From contig OX597833.1 of assembly GCA_951406725.2 (NCBI GenBank), forward strand, positions 6,324,001-6,388,000: a DNA stretch of 64,000 bases, in the 5' to 3' direction. Source of the stretch: Octopus vulgaris. Lineage: Eukaryota. The translations under genes and the position numbers were made by a program. A model generated the notes under the pieces. The model made no database searches. It was not told the DNA's origin and saw only the letters and a program-made list of their open reading frames with translations. Below are positions 11,689 through 24,660 of this stretch, in pieces; the first letter of the stretch is position 1, and the number at the start of each line of letters is the position of its first letter.

Positions 11689-12534
11689 AGCCACCACCAC
11701 TACTACTACTGCCACCACTGCAATCTTTCTAGGATCTCTTTTCTGAAGAAGGTTCTTATAATGGTTTAAAGTCTTTTTTTTTTTTCTCCTTTTTTATAAG
11801 ATTTCTTATTTCTGAAAAAAAAAAAAAAAATTGTTTTGGTTTTTTTAAAAATTTCAAAAACCAACAATTCTAAAACAACATCAAAGACACATTCTATAAA
11901 AGCACCAACATGATAATTTCAGATTGGTAATTGATCTGAGTAAATAATAATTCTTTCTCCCTGCTGTTGCAATGTATGATAGTGATGTAGAGAAAGAGAG
12001 AGCGAAAGGGGGGGGCGTGAGCAAGAGGTCAGGTTTGCCAGGCGCGACAACAGATACTCTCTTTCATCACAATAGCCAATAACACTTCAGCTAAGATAAT
12101 AACAACAATAATAATAATAATGGTATTTATGATAATATGACAACAATAGCTTGTCATCGAATTGCATCACCAAGCACAGTGTCTCCCTCTCCTGCAGACC
12201 CTGCGTTGGCACAGGTTCGGCGAGGAAGGAGAGGAGACGTTTATATTTCTGTTTAAAGAATTAAAAATTGGAAAATATTTGGTTTAAAAGAAAAAAAGTA
12301 AAAAAAACACAACATTTCTTGATAAATATTATTATGTTTATCAATAATTATAAGGGGGTGTGGGTGGAGAGAGTAGTGAGTATATTAGGCTATGGGCCTG
12401 TCTTAGTGTGTCTGTGTGTGTGTATACAAAGAGAGAAAGAGAGATTAAACCTACTCCACAGATCAGTAAACGCATAATTAACTCACATGCACACACACAC
12501 ACATACATATCCATGCTTATATACTCACACTGTC

Positions 12535-12594
<60 letters not shown>

Positions 12595-13044
12595 ACAAAC
12601 ACACCCAGATACATACACACATTCACAGATATATACTCACATTGTGTGTATATGTATCTATCTATTTAGCTATCTATCTTTGTGTGTGTGTGTATATATA
12701 TAAAAATATATATGTGTATACACACACGCTGGCATATGTACATTCAATGTGTTGCATGCAACTAAAAAAATTTTCTGTCAATTATTCAAATGTATTGTGT
12801 GCGCATGTGCGTGTGGCGTATGTGTGTACTTGCAAGAGAGTGTGTGTGCATGTGTGTGTGTGTGTGTGTGTGTGTACTCACAAGGGTGTGTGTGTACTTG
12901 CAAAAGAGTGTGTATATCTGTGTGTGTGTGTGTCTACTCGCAAGTGTGTGTATGAGAGACTAAAATTTGTAAATATATTATTTTCTGCATGTAAATAATT
13001 TATGCAAAATTTTTTTAAATTAAAAAACTTTAATCTTTCAGTCG

Positions 13045-13050
13045 AATAAA
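13045..13050 (+). terminator. Candidate polyadenylation signal of the ABCG gene (3' UTR about 1.36 kb)
   Basis: AATAAA followed about 20 nt later by a long T/GT-rich tract. Confidence 0.5.
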
Positions 13051-13855
13051 AAAAAAATTCCTCACATCTGTTTTATTTATTTTATTTTTTTTTTTTATGT
13101 TGTCATTAACACTTTCTTTCTTTTGTTCCTTGAACAATGCATTGTATATATATAAACTGTATGTATGTCGAATGATGAAAACGAGAGCTCAACACCACAT
13201 TGGTGTTATATATATATATATTTATATACATATATCACATATATATACATATATATATGTATATATATAGATAAGTTCAAGTTGACTAGGATATCAAATT
13301 CTTGTCATAATAAGCTCATTATATCACCCAATTAGTGGAATAGGATAATAAATGAAACTAGATCCTACTCAACTTGAATTTGACAATAAAATTATCCGGT
13401 CAGTCAATGTTCTGTTCTTCTTAAACTAGTTTTAAAATAATTCTTTCTTATTTCGACCCAAGGTCAGTAATTTTGAGAGGACAGATCTCCTCTATTACAT
13501 CGACTTCAGCTATTGACCGTTGTTAGGTAGCAAGGAACTGTCAAGAAAGCTAGACAGCAGAATGTCTTGAGAGAAGAACCCTTCCCAACTCAGGCAAGCG
13601 TTTCGACCCTTAACTTCTTACACTGTAAGGAGACCAGGCCACGTCCAGGTCAACACCCTTGGGTACCCTTCTACTCATATTTTTTAACCCCTTGGACATT
13701 GGAGACTTGTGCATTTAAACCATTTGGAGAGAACATCTAGTTGGAACCCGTCTCTCTTTTGGTTCAGCTTTCAAAGTCATAAACAACAAATAACATTGTA
13801 CATTATTTACATTATTTACATTTGACGGATATTTGTCCTCATCTTGGTTGTTGTT

Positions 13856-13901
13856 AACACAACGTTTCGGCTGATATACCCTCCAGCCTTCACCAGATGT
13901 C
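13856..13901 (-). ncRNA. Second copy of the hammerhead motif with a mutated core (CTGGTGA)
   Basis: Reverse complement reads GACAT-CTGGTGA-A-GGCTGG..TCAGCC-GAAA-CGTT-GTGTT. Confidence 0.5.
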
Positions 13902-14193
13902 TTGGGGAAATTTCGAACCTGGGTTCTCACTCCTAAGGTATTTTTTGATATTATTATTATTATTATTATTATTCAGGAATCGAACTCAGAATCTTGGGGT
14001 TAGTAGCCCGCGCTGTTAACCACTACACCATATGCCCGTGAGCATACTGGTGTAGTGCTTAAGAGCACTGACTACTAACCCCAAGATTCCGAGTTCGATT
14101 CCAGGCAGTGACCTGAATAATAATAATAATAATAATAACAACAACATTGAAAAATACCTTAGGAATGCGAACCCAGGTTCGAAATTTCCCCAA

Positions 14194-14239
14194 GACACCT
14201 GAAGAAGGCTGGAGGGTATATCAGCCGAAACGTTGTGTT
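14194..14239 (+). ncRNA. Minimal type I hammerhead ribozyme motif (Penelope-like)
   Basis: GACAC-CTGAAGA-A-GGCTGG..TCAGCC-GAAA-CGTT-GTGTT: core boxes, stem I, 6-bp stem II, palindromic AACGTT in place of stem III. Confidence 0.65.
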
Positions 14240-17200
14240 AACAACAAATAAGATGATGACAAATATCCGTCTAATGTAAATAATTCCTTATCTCCTAAAT
14301 ATAGAATTGTACCAAATAACATTGGTTGTCATGGTAACCTTTATCAGTCCCAAAAGGACGAAAGGCAAAGTTTATTTTGACAGGATTTGAACTGAGAATG
14401 TAAAGAGCTGTAAAAAATACTGCTCAGCATTGTGTCTGACCTGCTGACCATTGTCAGCTTGTTGCTTTAACTAGCTCTAATGTAATAGTTTCAAATTTCG
14501 GCACAGTGCCAGCAGTTTTTGAGGGGAGGGGGGAGTTGATCCTATTGAACCCAGCGCTTGATTGGTCCCCGTTTTATTGGTCCCTAAAGGATGAAAGGCA
14601 AAGTTGAGCTTAGAACATAAAAATTAATGAAATGCTGCTAAACATTTTGTCCAGCATACTAATAATTCTGCCAAATTGCCGCCTTAACTAGCTTTGAAAT
14701 AACAGCACTATTTTAACATTTACTCAAACACACACACTCACCTATACATACATACACACATATACATATACACACATATATATATACATGCATACAGCTT
14801 TATATGTGCGTATGTATGAAATAACTATTTTTATCAATTTACCATTTCCAGTATGGTGACATATTGCTATTTCTCTTCCCTGAGTCTCTAATTTCTGTAA
14901 AGAGAGACGCAGTAATCTCATACCTTAAACCTCTTCTCTCTTCACTAACCATTTGTTTGTTGGGATTTTTAACGATCTCACCTGAAACTAATTATGTTGT
15001 TAAATGTTTTCTTTTGATCTGTGTGTGTGTGGGTGTGCATATTTTATTTGTGCGAGATTACCGGCCACTCAGATTATTACTCTTTCACTTGTTTCAGTCA
15101 TTTGACTGCGGCCATGCTGGAGCACCACCTTTAGTCGAGCAAATCGACCCCGGGACTTATTCTTTGTAAGCCCAGTACTTATTCTATCGGTCTCTTTTGC
15201 CGAACCGCTAAGTGACGGGGACGTAAACACACCAGCATCGGTTGTCAAGCAATGCTAGGGGGACAAACACAGACAGACACACACACACACACATATATAC
15301 ATATATATATACATACATATATACGACAGGCTTCTTTCAGTTTCCGTCTACCAAATCCACTCACAAGGCATTGGTCGACCCGGGGCTATAGCGGAAGACA
15401 CTTGCCCAAGATGCCACGCAGTGGGACTGAACCCGGAACCATGTGGTTGGTTAGCAAGCTACTTACCACACAGCCACTCCTGATATATGTGTAGAATATA
15501 TTAGAAAAGATAAAATAGTAAATGAATCCTTCAATGAGTAAAATCTATACATTGTCGTATATATAAATGGTTGAGTATTCCACAGACATGTACATGCCCT
15601 TAGTGTAATTTTGAGGCAGGCTTAGTATACAACAAGGCTGGACATTTTAAATTTCTAGTACAATCCATATTATAGGCTTCCTCACAGTTTCTCTCTATAT
15701 AGAGGCATGGGTTGACTTGAGGCTATGATGAAACACCCTGGCCCAAAATACTGAGCAGACATGATGATCAAACAGTTGAAGTGTTTGCTTTACTATCACC
15801 AGGTGTCACATTTGATCCTGAAGTATGGATGCCTGTAATACATACTAACTTTGCAGCCTCATTTTGCCATCCATAAGATGAACCAAGTGTGTGTGTGTCC
15901 ATGTAAAAGGCACACAGTCCACTCTGCAAAGTGGTTGGCATTAGGAAGGGCATCCAGCTGTAGAAACCATGGCAAAATTGAAAATGGGGCCTGGTGCAGC
16001 TCTGTGGCTTGCCAGCTCCGGTCAGATTGTCGAACCCATGCCAGCATGGAAATCGGACGTTAAATGATGTTGACGATGAGATATATAGATAGATAGGTAG
16101 GTAGACAGACAGGCGGCGAGGTGGCAGAAACGTTAGCACGCCGGCCGAAATGCGTAGCCATATTTTGTCTGCTGTATAAGTACCAGTTACGCACTGGGGT
16201 CGATATAATCGACTTAATCTCTTTGTCTGTCCTTGTTTGTCCCCTCTGTGTTTAGCCCCTTGTGGGTAGTAAAGAAATAGGTAGACAGACAGACATGTAT
16301 GGCTTGTAAAACTGAACATGCTTAAGGCTATCAAGCACAAGTTTTGAAGTAACTGTTATGCCTTCCCTTCTCAAAACAAAATAGACCACACACACACACA
16401 CACACACACACAGAGCTTACACCACTGAAATTACATAGACGATGTGTTACATCAGAAAATCTTCTTTTTTTTTTTTTTTTCTCATTATTTGAATTTGGAC
16501 ATAAAAACTAATTTCTTTATAAACTTCAACAACAGACAGCAATAGGATTTATGATTCCTGCGAGGAATGCATGAGCTGCTGTTTTGACATTTCAATGTTA
16601 TATTAACAAAATCTCATCCCTGTCACCTCGCAGTTCCCTTCGTGTCAGTTATTACAGCAGCTGACATCTCTGTCTTGGCTTAAATATATTTGTCTAAATA
16701 ACACAGGCAACTGTTTTTCACTTGTTTCAGTCGTTGGACTGCGGCCATGCTGGGGCACCACCTTGAAGTATTTCTAGTTGAATGAATCAGACGCCAGCAC
16801 TTATTTCGTCTTTTAAAGCCTGGTACTATTTTGTCGGTTACTTTTTGCCAAACTGCTAAGTTACGGGGACATAACTACACCGACACCGGTTGTCAAAAGA
16901 TGGTGGGAGACAAACACACGCGTATATATATGATGGGCTTCTTTCAGTTTCCATCTAACAAATCTACTAACAAAGTTTTTGTCAGTCCGAGACTATAGTA
17001 GAAGACGCTTGCCCAAGGTGCCATGCAGTGGGACTGAACCCAGAACCACGTGGTTGCAAAGCCAACTTAACCACACAGCCATGAACCCCTTATTAGTTAA
17101 ATAGACAATATTTCTTTTATCATTGCCCCATGGTGGTAAAATATTTACCATTGGAATAGATCTGAGGGAAGGTTTTTAACCACCACCTCACAAACTCCAC

Positions 17201-20200
17201 CCTCTTTACTGCATGACCTGTTAAATATTTCTAAATATACTCAGACAATTCACTGAACTGTATTAACCTGGTATATTACCGGTATTTATTACAGGAATAT
17301 ATATACTGGTCCCAGAGTAGTGACTTGTATGTAGATCACTGAAGTACTTCAGTTCCTGGTTATTGGTTCCAATACCAAAATTCAGTCTTGTAATTCTTAT
17401 TGAAGCCAGTTCTTAGACAATTCTTAGACTATCTGGAATTGCTTATTCAATTCAGATCTCTAGTTGATTACTAGGCCTGCCTGACTGGCTCCTGTGCTGG
17501 TGGCACGTAAAAAGCACCCACTACACTCACGGAGTGGTTGGTGTTAGGAAGGGTATCCAGCTGTGGAAACCTTGCCAGATCAGATTGGAGCCTGGTGCAG
17601 CCTTCTGGCTTGCCAGACCTCAGTCGAACCGTCCAACCCACGCCAGCCTGGAAAACGGACGTTAAACGATGATGATGATTATTAGAAAGACAGTGAGCAA
17701 ACAGAATTGTTATTGCAGTGGACAAAATGCTTTGTGGCATTTCATCTGGTCGTTTACATTCTGAGTTCAAGTCCTGCTGAGGTGGTTTTTGCATTTTATC
17801 CTTTCATGGTTGATAAAACAAGTATCGGTTGACCCCTGGGGGTTGATGTAATCAATTAACCACTCCCCTAAAATTTCAGGCTTTGTGCTTACTGTAGAAA
17901 GAATTATTATTATTAGAAGTTAACGGATTAGCAGGATCAGTAGAGCATCAGGAAAAGCGCTTTGTGCTATTCCTTCTAGCTTTGTTCTGAGTTCAAATCC
18001 CACCAAGGTCAGCTTTAACTTTCATTCTTCTGGGGGTCAGACACTGAGACGAGTGTTATTGACTAACCCCCTTCCCTTTCAAATTGCTGACCTTGGGCCT
18101 AAATTAAAAACTGTATCATTACAAGAGAGAAGTGGTTAATGGTGAACCAAATGTTTTGCAGTATTTTGATAGTGAAAGTGAAATTAAACATCAGAGATGC
18201 TTTGCCCCTGGCAGAAACTGTTGGAACCACCCAGGTTTTGCAAATTCTTCTAAATCTATTGCAATGCTGGGAATGGTTCCTTATTGTCAGCATGTATCTC
18301 AGGGTCACAAGTGTTTCACCCTGTAGCTTGTTGTGGGGTCAATAAAATAAAGTTACCAGTCAAGTACGAAGGTTGATGGTATCAACTCGGCCCCTCCCCT
18401 CAAAGTGCTGGCCTTGTGTCTAAATGAGGATTATCATTATTTCTATGTTTATCTTCTTTTTAGGGGATATGGTATGTGGGGCTATGTTCTGAGAAAATGT
18501 GATACAAAGGGTCATGGATGCTAAAAACAAAAGTTCAATTCCTCATTCCCTTCTACCAAATTTTTGAAATATAAATATTACTGGAAGAAATTTATAATTA
18601 GCGACAAAAATTAAACAAGATTCTTGAAATTTCAATTAATATTAACCCATTGTTTCTCAAGCAATTTTTTTTTTGTGGGGGTGCTAGTGATGGTGGGAGC
18701 AACTCATTAAGTTTAATTAAAAATATTTGTCTTAATAAGGTGGTTAGCATTAGGAAGAGCATCTGGTCATAGAAACCATGCCAAAACAGACAGTTGGAAC
18801 CTGGTGCAGCTCTCCAACCATGCCAGCTCCTATCAAACCGTCCAACCCATACCAGCTTGGAAAATGGATGTGAAATGATAATCATCCTTTCTACTATAGA
18901 TACAAGGTCTGAAATTTTTGGAGAGGGGACTAGTCGATTACATCGACCCCAGTGTTTCACTGGCACTTAATTTATCGACCCCAAAAAGATGAAAGGCAAA
19001 GTCGACCTCGGTGGAATTAGAACTCAGATCGTAATGACAGGCGAAATAGCGCTAAGCATTTCGTCCAGTGTGCTAACGATTCTACCACCTTGCCGCCTTA
19101 TGTTAAATGATAATAATAATGACTTTGTAAGGGTTTGTAATTGTGGTTTATTTTTGAATGACCTTCACAACTTGGAATGGTGATTGATCGTAAGTAATTA
19201 CCATAACTACCACAAACCCTTCAAACCCACCCCCACCCAACACCACTAGCAATCTATCTACATGGTAGCACCCTAACTGATCTCATGAAAAAATGGTTTA
19301 ATACATCAACAAGTCTCACAGTTGGTAATGTGTTGACCCTAAAACTTCAGCTAGAAAGGTCACTTAACCTACAAAGTCTTGAAGCTTTTGTCTCAAACAA
19401 TAAACATGTCAGTCTTTGTACGTGAACGCACCAGCTGTGATAGACATGTCCAACTGTCATAACTTAACTTCATCTGCTGTGAATTTATTACTTATTCTAT
19501 TGTGACTGGCTACTAACCGCTTTGATACCACCCCATCCTTGGTTCTTTAATGCAGACTTTGTTTTTAAAGTGGTCTTAAAACCTTCCGTCAATGTTTCAT
19601 ATTTATTTATTGCTAACACCAGCTTTATGATGACAAAAGTTAATGACTAAATTCTTTGTTAATTTCAAAATTAATTAAAATAAAGGCAGTGTGTTTTAAC
19701 AGAAATAACAGAAATAAAAGGAGTTAAAGTGATTGAAATTAAAAGGTCCCATCAAAATTTCACGTTGATTTCTATTCCAAACACTAACTAAGTAATGACC
19801 AAGGGATTTCACTAAATTCTTCATTAAGCTCAAAATTAATTAAAACAAAAGCATGCAAAAGCACCTTTTGAGCGTTGGGCCTCACGGAGGCAAGAACTGA
19901 AACCATTTGCCATTATGCTGGGTTTTGAGCAGTGGGCCTCACAGAGGTTATGACCAAGTCCATTTGGCATTATACTGTGCTTGAGAAGACCCACCACAGA
20001 TGTGGCAGATACTGGTGTCACACAAATGGCACGTAAAAGCACCCACTACACACTTGGAGTGGTTGGCATTAGGAAGGGCATCCAGCTGTAGAAACACTGC
20101 CAAATCAGACTGGCGTCTAGTGCAGCTTGCCAGCCCTGGTCAAACCGTCCAACCCATGCCAGCATGGACAACGGATATTAATTGACGATGATGAAAGACA

Positions 20201-22384
20201 GTATATTACAAGAGAAATAGCCTAGACATGATTTCACTCCTAGACTTTTCTATTATATTTATCTTAAGGCACCGAGCTGACAGAAATGTTAGCACGCCGG
20301 GTGAAATGCTTAGCAGTATTTTGTCTGCCGCTACATTCTGAGTTCAAATTCCACCGAGGTTGACTTTGCCTTTAATCCTTTCGGGATCGATAAATTAAAG
20401 ACCAGTTACGCTCTGGCGTCGATATAATTGACTTAATCCGTTTGTCTGTCCTTGTTTGTCCTCTCTGTGTTTAGCCCCTTGTAGGTAGTAAAGAAATAGG
20501 TATCTTAACCTTTTTGATAACAACCCACCTGAAAGTGTCTTTGATTCAACTTTCTGTTTTTAAAATGGTCGAAATAAAAACCCTTCATTGAAATTTCATG
20601 TTCTATGTTCCAAATGCCAAATTAACCCTTTCAACCTACAAAGTATGCTGTAACAGATGTGAGGACATTTGATTCGGCATCCAGGAGATGCAAACACAAC
20701 CAGGAGGCCACATGGTTTTCTGTTTACAGCTTGCTCATTGGCAGAAACATTGTTATTAGCAGCTGCGAACCCCAAACCACATGGTCCCCTGCTTTAGCTT
20801 CTTTCAAGGACACTCTGATCAAATGAAACTGTATCTGATAAAGCATTCTCATAGATTCAAAAGGGTTAATAAGGACAGTGATTTTAATTATTTTCAAAAA
20901 TAATTTCAATAACGAAGGCTGTAAGGTATTTTCAGAGAAATATGGTGATGAGGATTAATCAGAAATATATGGTGACATGGGTTAATCACTTATGGTAATG
21001 AGGGTTAATCAGGTTGTTAATATGTGAGACAAAATAACTTGTGGCACTGATTTGAGTCTGACACCGGATATTCTGAGTTCAAGTCCTGTTGAGGTACAAT
21101 TTTGCCTTCAATCTTTGGGAGGAGTGCAATTGGGAGTGAGATGTCCCAGAAAGAACCAGTCTAAAGGGATGCACTGACAAGAATTGTTTGCATTATCAGA
21201 TGAGATGCCTTGTTGTATTTGTTCCAGCCCTTCAGATCCCACAACAACCAATTTAGGTGATAGACTTAACTTGTTCTCCAGTTTAACATCACCTCCACCA
21301 CTGCCATCTTGAGTACCTTTAGTAGGGTCCACATTTCCTGTCCCCATATTTTAGTGGGGTCCACTATCGTGTAAACATTCTGACCATGTCTCCTGCCCCC
21401 ATACTTTACGGGGTCCACTATCTTGTAAGCATTCTGACCACGTGTCCCGCCCCCTACTTCTCTCTCACCAGTCTCAGGGGCCCTAAAAAGTGTCACAAGC
21501 ACTGCCTTTTTCCCTAATTAAGAAATCAAAAATAAAATTACACAGGAATAAGGAGTATCACACAATGTAATTACTGGGATTAAATTAATCCCCTCTTTCT
21601 CCCTGTGTCCACTCTATTTAATTCTTCTCTTCTACATTTACCTGCCCCAGACTGGCCACAGGTCATTCAGTTTTGCTGTTAACTTTAATAACTTTCACTT
21701 ATCCACACAGATTTTTAGCCACTGCCCGATTCTTTTTTAATTTCACCCACATTGGGAAAATATTACCGTGACAACAGGTTTTTGCTGGTTCTCAAACAGC
21801 AATTATTTATGTCACAAAACCCTTGGGAGAGGCATGAATGTCATTGCATCACTTCTACTCTAAAAAGTAGAATTTTTGACAATGCAACAACAAAAACAAA
21901 AGAGTAAAAAAAAAAAATTCTAATTATGAGGCACATAAACCCAGTGGATTAATGAATTAAGACTAATTAATTTATTGGGTTCGTATCTTGCTAACAGCAG
22001 TGTATGTCTGTGCCCTTGGGCAAGAAACTCAATTCTTCTTGCCTTGCATAAATGATTAAAAGAATGGCTTCATGCCTGATTAATAATTCATAATTTATCT
22101 TTTTTGTACATTTTCTGAAATCTTGTAAATTTAAAACTGCTAAAATTTTATTTCTGTACAGAAATTAAAATGCTAATTAAAAGTTATTAAAAAAAGGAAA
22201 AAATTTCTTTTCTTTATTTTGTTCACATTTTTTTCCCTCAGTTTGTTTTGGTTGTCTTCAACAAGGAAGCCTCTACATGGATGCTAGAAATATCAGCTGT
22301 ATAATTTTCAAATCCCATTGCAGTCTTAAAATAACAACAACAGCAACAATAAAAAAGGAAGGAACATATTTTTAGCGTAGTCCT

Positions 22385-23152
22385 AGATAGATGCTGTCTG
22401 CAAAAACAAGCAGAATGGTCATAGCTGGAATGCCTTAGAATTACAGGCCAGTTCAAACAGGGCTGACTTAGGGAGAAACGATTACAACGCTTTAGAGTGT
22501 GGGCAATTAATAATCTTTTGCAGCCTGGTGATTCCTTTTACCAAAGTTTAATCAACCAGATGCTAATTCTTCACAAGTGGAGGCGCAATGGCCCAGTGGT
22601 TAGGGCAGCGGACTCGCGGTCATAGGATCGCGGTTTCGATTCCCAGACCGGGCGTTGTGAGTGTTTATTGAGCGAAAACACCTAAAAGCTCCACGAGGCT
22701 CCGGCAGGGGATGGTGGTGAACCCCGCTGTACTCTTTCACCACAACTTTCTCTCACTCTTACTTCCTATTTCTGTTGTACCTGTATTTCAAGGGGCCGGC
22801 CTTGTCACTCTCTGTGTCACGCTGAATATCCCCGAGAACTACGTTAAGGGTACATGTGTCTGTGGAGTGCTCAGCCACTTACACGTTAATTTCACGAGCA
22901 GGCTGTTCTGTTGATTCGGATCAACCGGAACCCTCGTCGTCGTAACCGACGGAGTGCTTCCAGATAGACACTGTCTGCAAAAACAAACAGAAGGGTCATA
23001 GCTGGAATGTCTTAGAATTACAGGCCAGTTCAAACAGGGTTGACTTAGGGAGAAATGATTACAACACTTTAGAATGTGGGTACTTAATAATCTTTTGCAA
23101 CCCAGTGATTCCTTTTACCAAAGTTTAATCAACCAGATGCTAATTCTTCACA
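22385..23152 (+). repeat. 191-bp direct repeats (22385-22575 and 22962-23152) flanking a SINE
   Basis: Colinear, gap-free copies with about 14 substitutions by hand count. Confidence 0.9.
22578..22961 (+). mobile_element. SINE family D, tail type 2
   Basis: Same 5' about 180 bp as the 7321 copy, different 3' about 200 bp. Confidence 0.85.
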
Positions 23153-24557
23153 GGGGTTAAATATTATCCATCAGTCTCCCAGTCACATGGTTCCAAGTTC
23201 AGTCCCACTGTGTGGAATCTTGGGTAAGTGTCTACCAAAGCCTCGTGAGTGGATTTGGTAGATGGAAACTGAAAGAAGCCTGTCATATGTATGTGTGTGT
23301 GTGTGTTTGTTCCCCCCCTCTCAAATGATGTTGGTGTGTTTACATCCCCATAACTTAGCAATTCAGCTAAAGGAATCGATAGAATAATTAGGTTTCACAA
23401 GTACTGGGGGAGTACCTTCAAGGAGGTACCCCAGCATGGCCACAGTCTAAAGACTGAAACAAGTGAAAGATGAACGATAACATGAGCCCTGTTTTAGAGT
23501 AGTGACCCCTATGTTAAAATTTAAGGAGAGGTGGCACTGAAATCGTAGTTGTAGCCAATGCTAGCGCCTCCTGAATGGCACCCGTGCCGCTGGCATGTCA
23601 GAAGCACTATCCGAGCATGGTAAATGCCAGTGTCACCTGACTGGCTCCTGTGCCAGTGGTATATTAAAAGCACCACCTACACTCTTGGAGTGGTCAGCGT
23701 TAGGAAGGGCATCCAGCTGTAGAAACCTTGCCAGGTCAGACTGGAGCCTGATGTAGCCTTCTGGTTTGCCAGTGGCCAGCCTCATAGTCAAATTGTCCAA
23801 CCCATGCCAGCATGGAAAGTGGACGTTAAACGATGATGATGATGATGATTACCAAAAGGAAAAAAAATAATAAGTTCTTGTATTTAGAAATTCTGTTGGA
23901 CCTTGCTACATCATCTGTCATGTTTCTAGTTCTCCTTCCTACACACAGACATTTGTGTCAACTCGGGCCCTGTCTTACATTACTAAAGAAAGTGAGGACT
24001 TCTAGAAGGAAATTATATTGGACCCTGGCACATCATTGGCTGTATTTCTGCTTGCTGACAACCCAAGGCCTGACTCATTTTAGCCCTAAATCTTTTTCTA
24101 GAAGTGTTTACAAAATACCATCACCAGTGCTTTCTAAGTGGCACCAGAAACTGTGCCTTTTATGAGGCACCAGCACGTTTTCATCTGGCACCGCAGTTTT
24201 AGGATCTCAATTCTGTTGTGGTGGTCAGGTTTTCTCAAGTACAGCAATGCACCACATATCTTGGTCTGCTGTCTTCGTCTTCGTAAGGTCCAAGACTTTG
24301 AGACCAGCCTTCAAAACTTCATCTGATGTCTTCCTGGGACCCCCTCTCCCACAACTTCCCCTCCACTAGAAATTATAAGCTGTGTCGAAGAGACACAATT
24401 AACAACTTAAATGGTTTCACTGATGAGGTTCGAAGAAACACCACAAGGTATTTTGTGTGATGTTCTAATGAATGAATATCTATTTCTTTACTGCCCACAA
24501 GGGGCTAAACACAGAGCGGACAAACAAGGACAGACAAACGGATGAGGAGGATGATGA

Positions 24558-24620
24558 TTATTATTATTATTATTATTACTGTTATTATTATTATAATTAT
24601 TATTATTATTATTATTATTA

Positions 24621-24658
<38 letters not shown>
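24558..24658. repeat. (TAT)n microsatellite; other (TA)n, (TG)n, (AAT)n and (CAT)n runs occur throughout
   Basis: Direct reading. Confidence 0.95.

Positions 24659-24660
<2 letters not shown>

Larger units (their letters stand above)
13799..14312. mobile_element. Palindromic tRNA-head plus hammerhead-motif retroelement (two arms head-to-head)
   Basis: Arms about 13799-14037 (-) and 14040-14283 (+) are reverse complements; 12-bp direct repeat CAAATAACATTG at 13787-13798 and 14313-14324. Confidence 0.85.

Noticed and set aside
13975-14113. Functional tRNA genes at the palindrome centre
   Set aside because: Acceptor stems do not pair and the heads run into repeat body; treated as SINE-type Pol III heads.
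16500-16710. Repeat-free intergenic patch with TGACA and CAGCTG motifs, enhancer-like
   Set aside because: Short motifs alone do not support a call without conservation data.
24415-24445. CTGATGA...GAAA hammerhead-like string (similar strings near 29000 and 62160)
   Set aside because: No stem II or stem I pairing; expected by chance.
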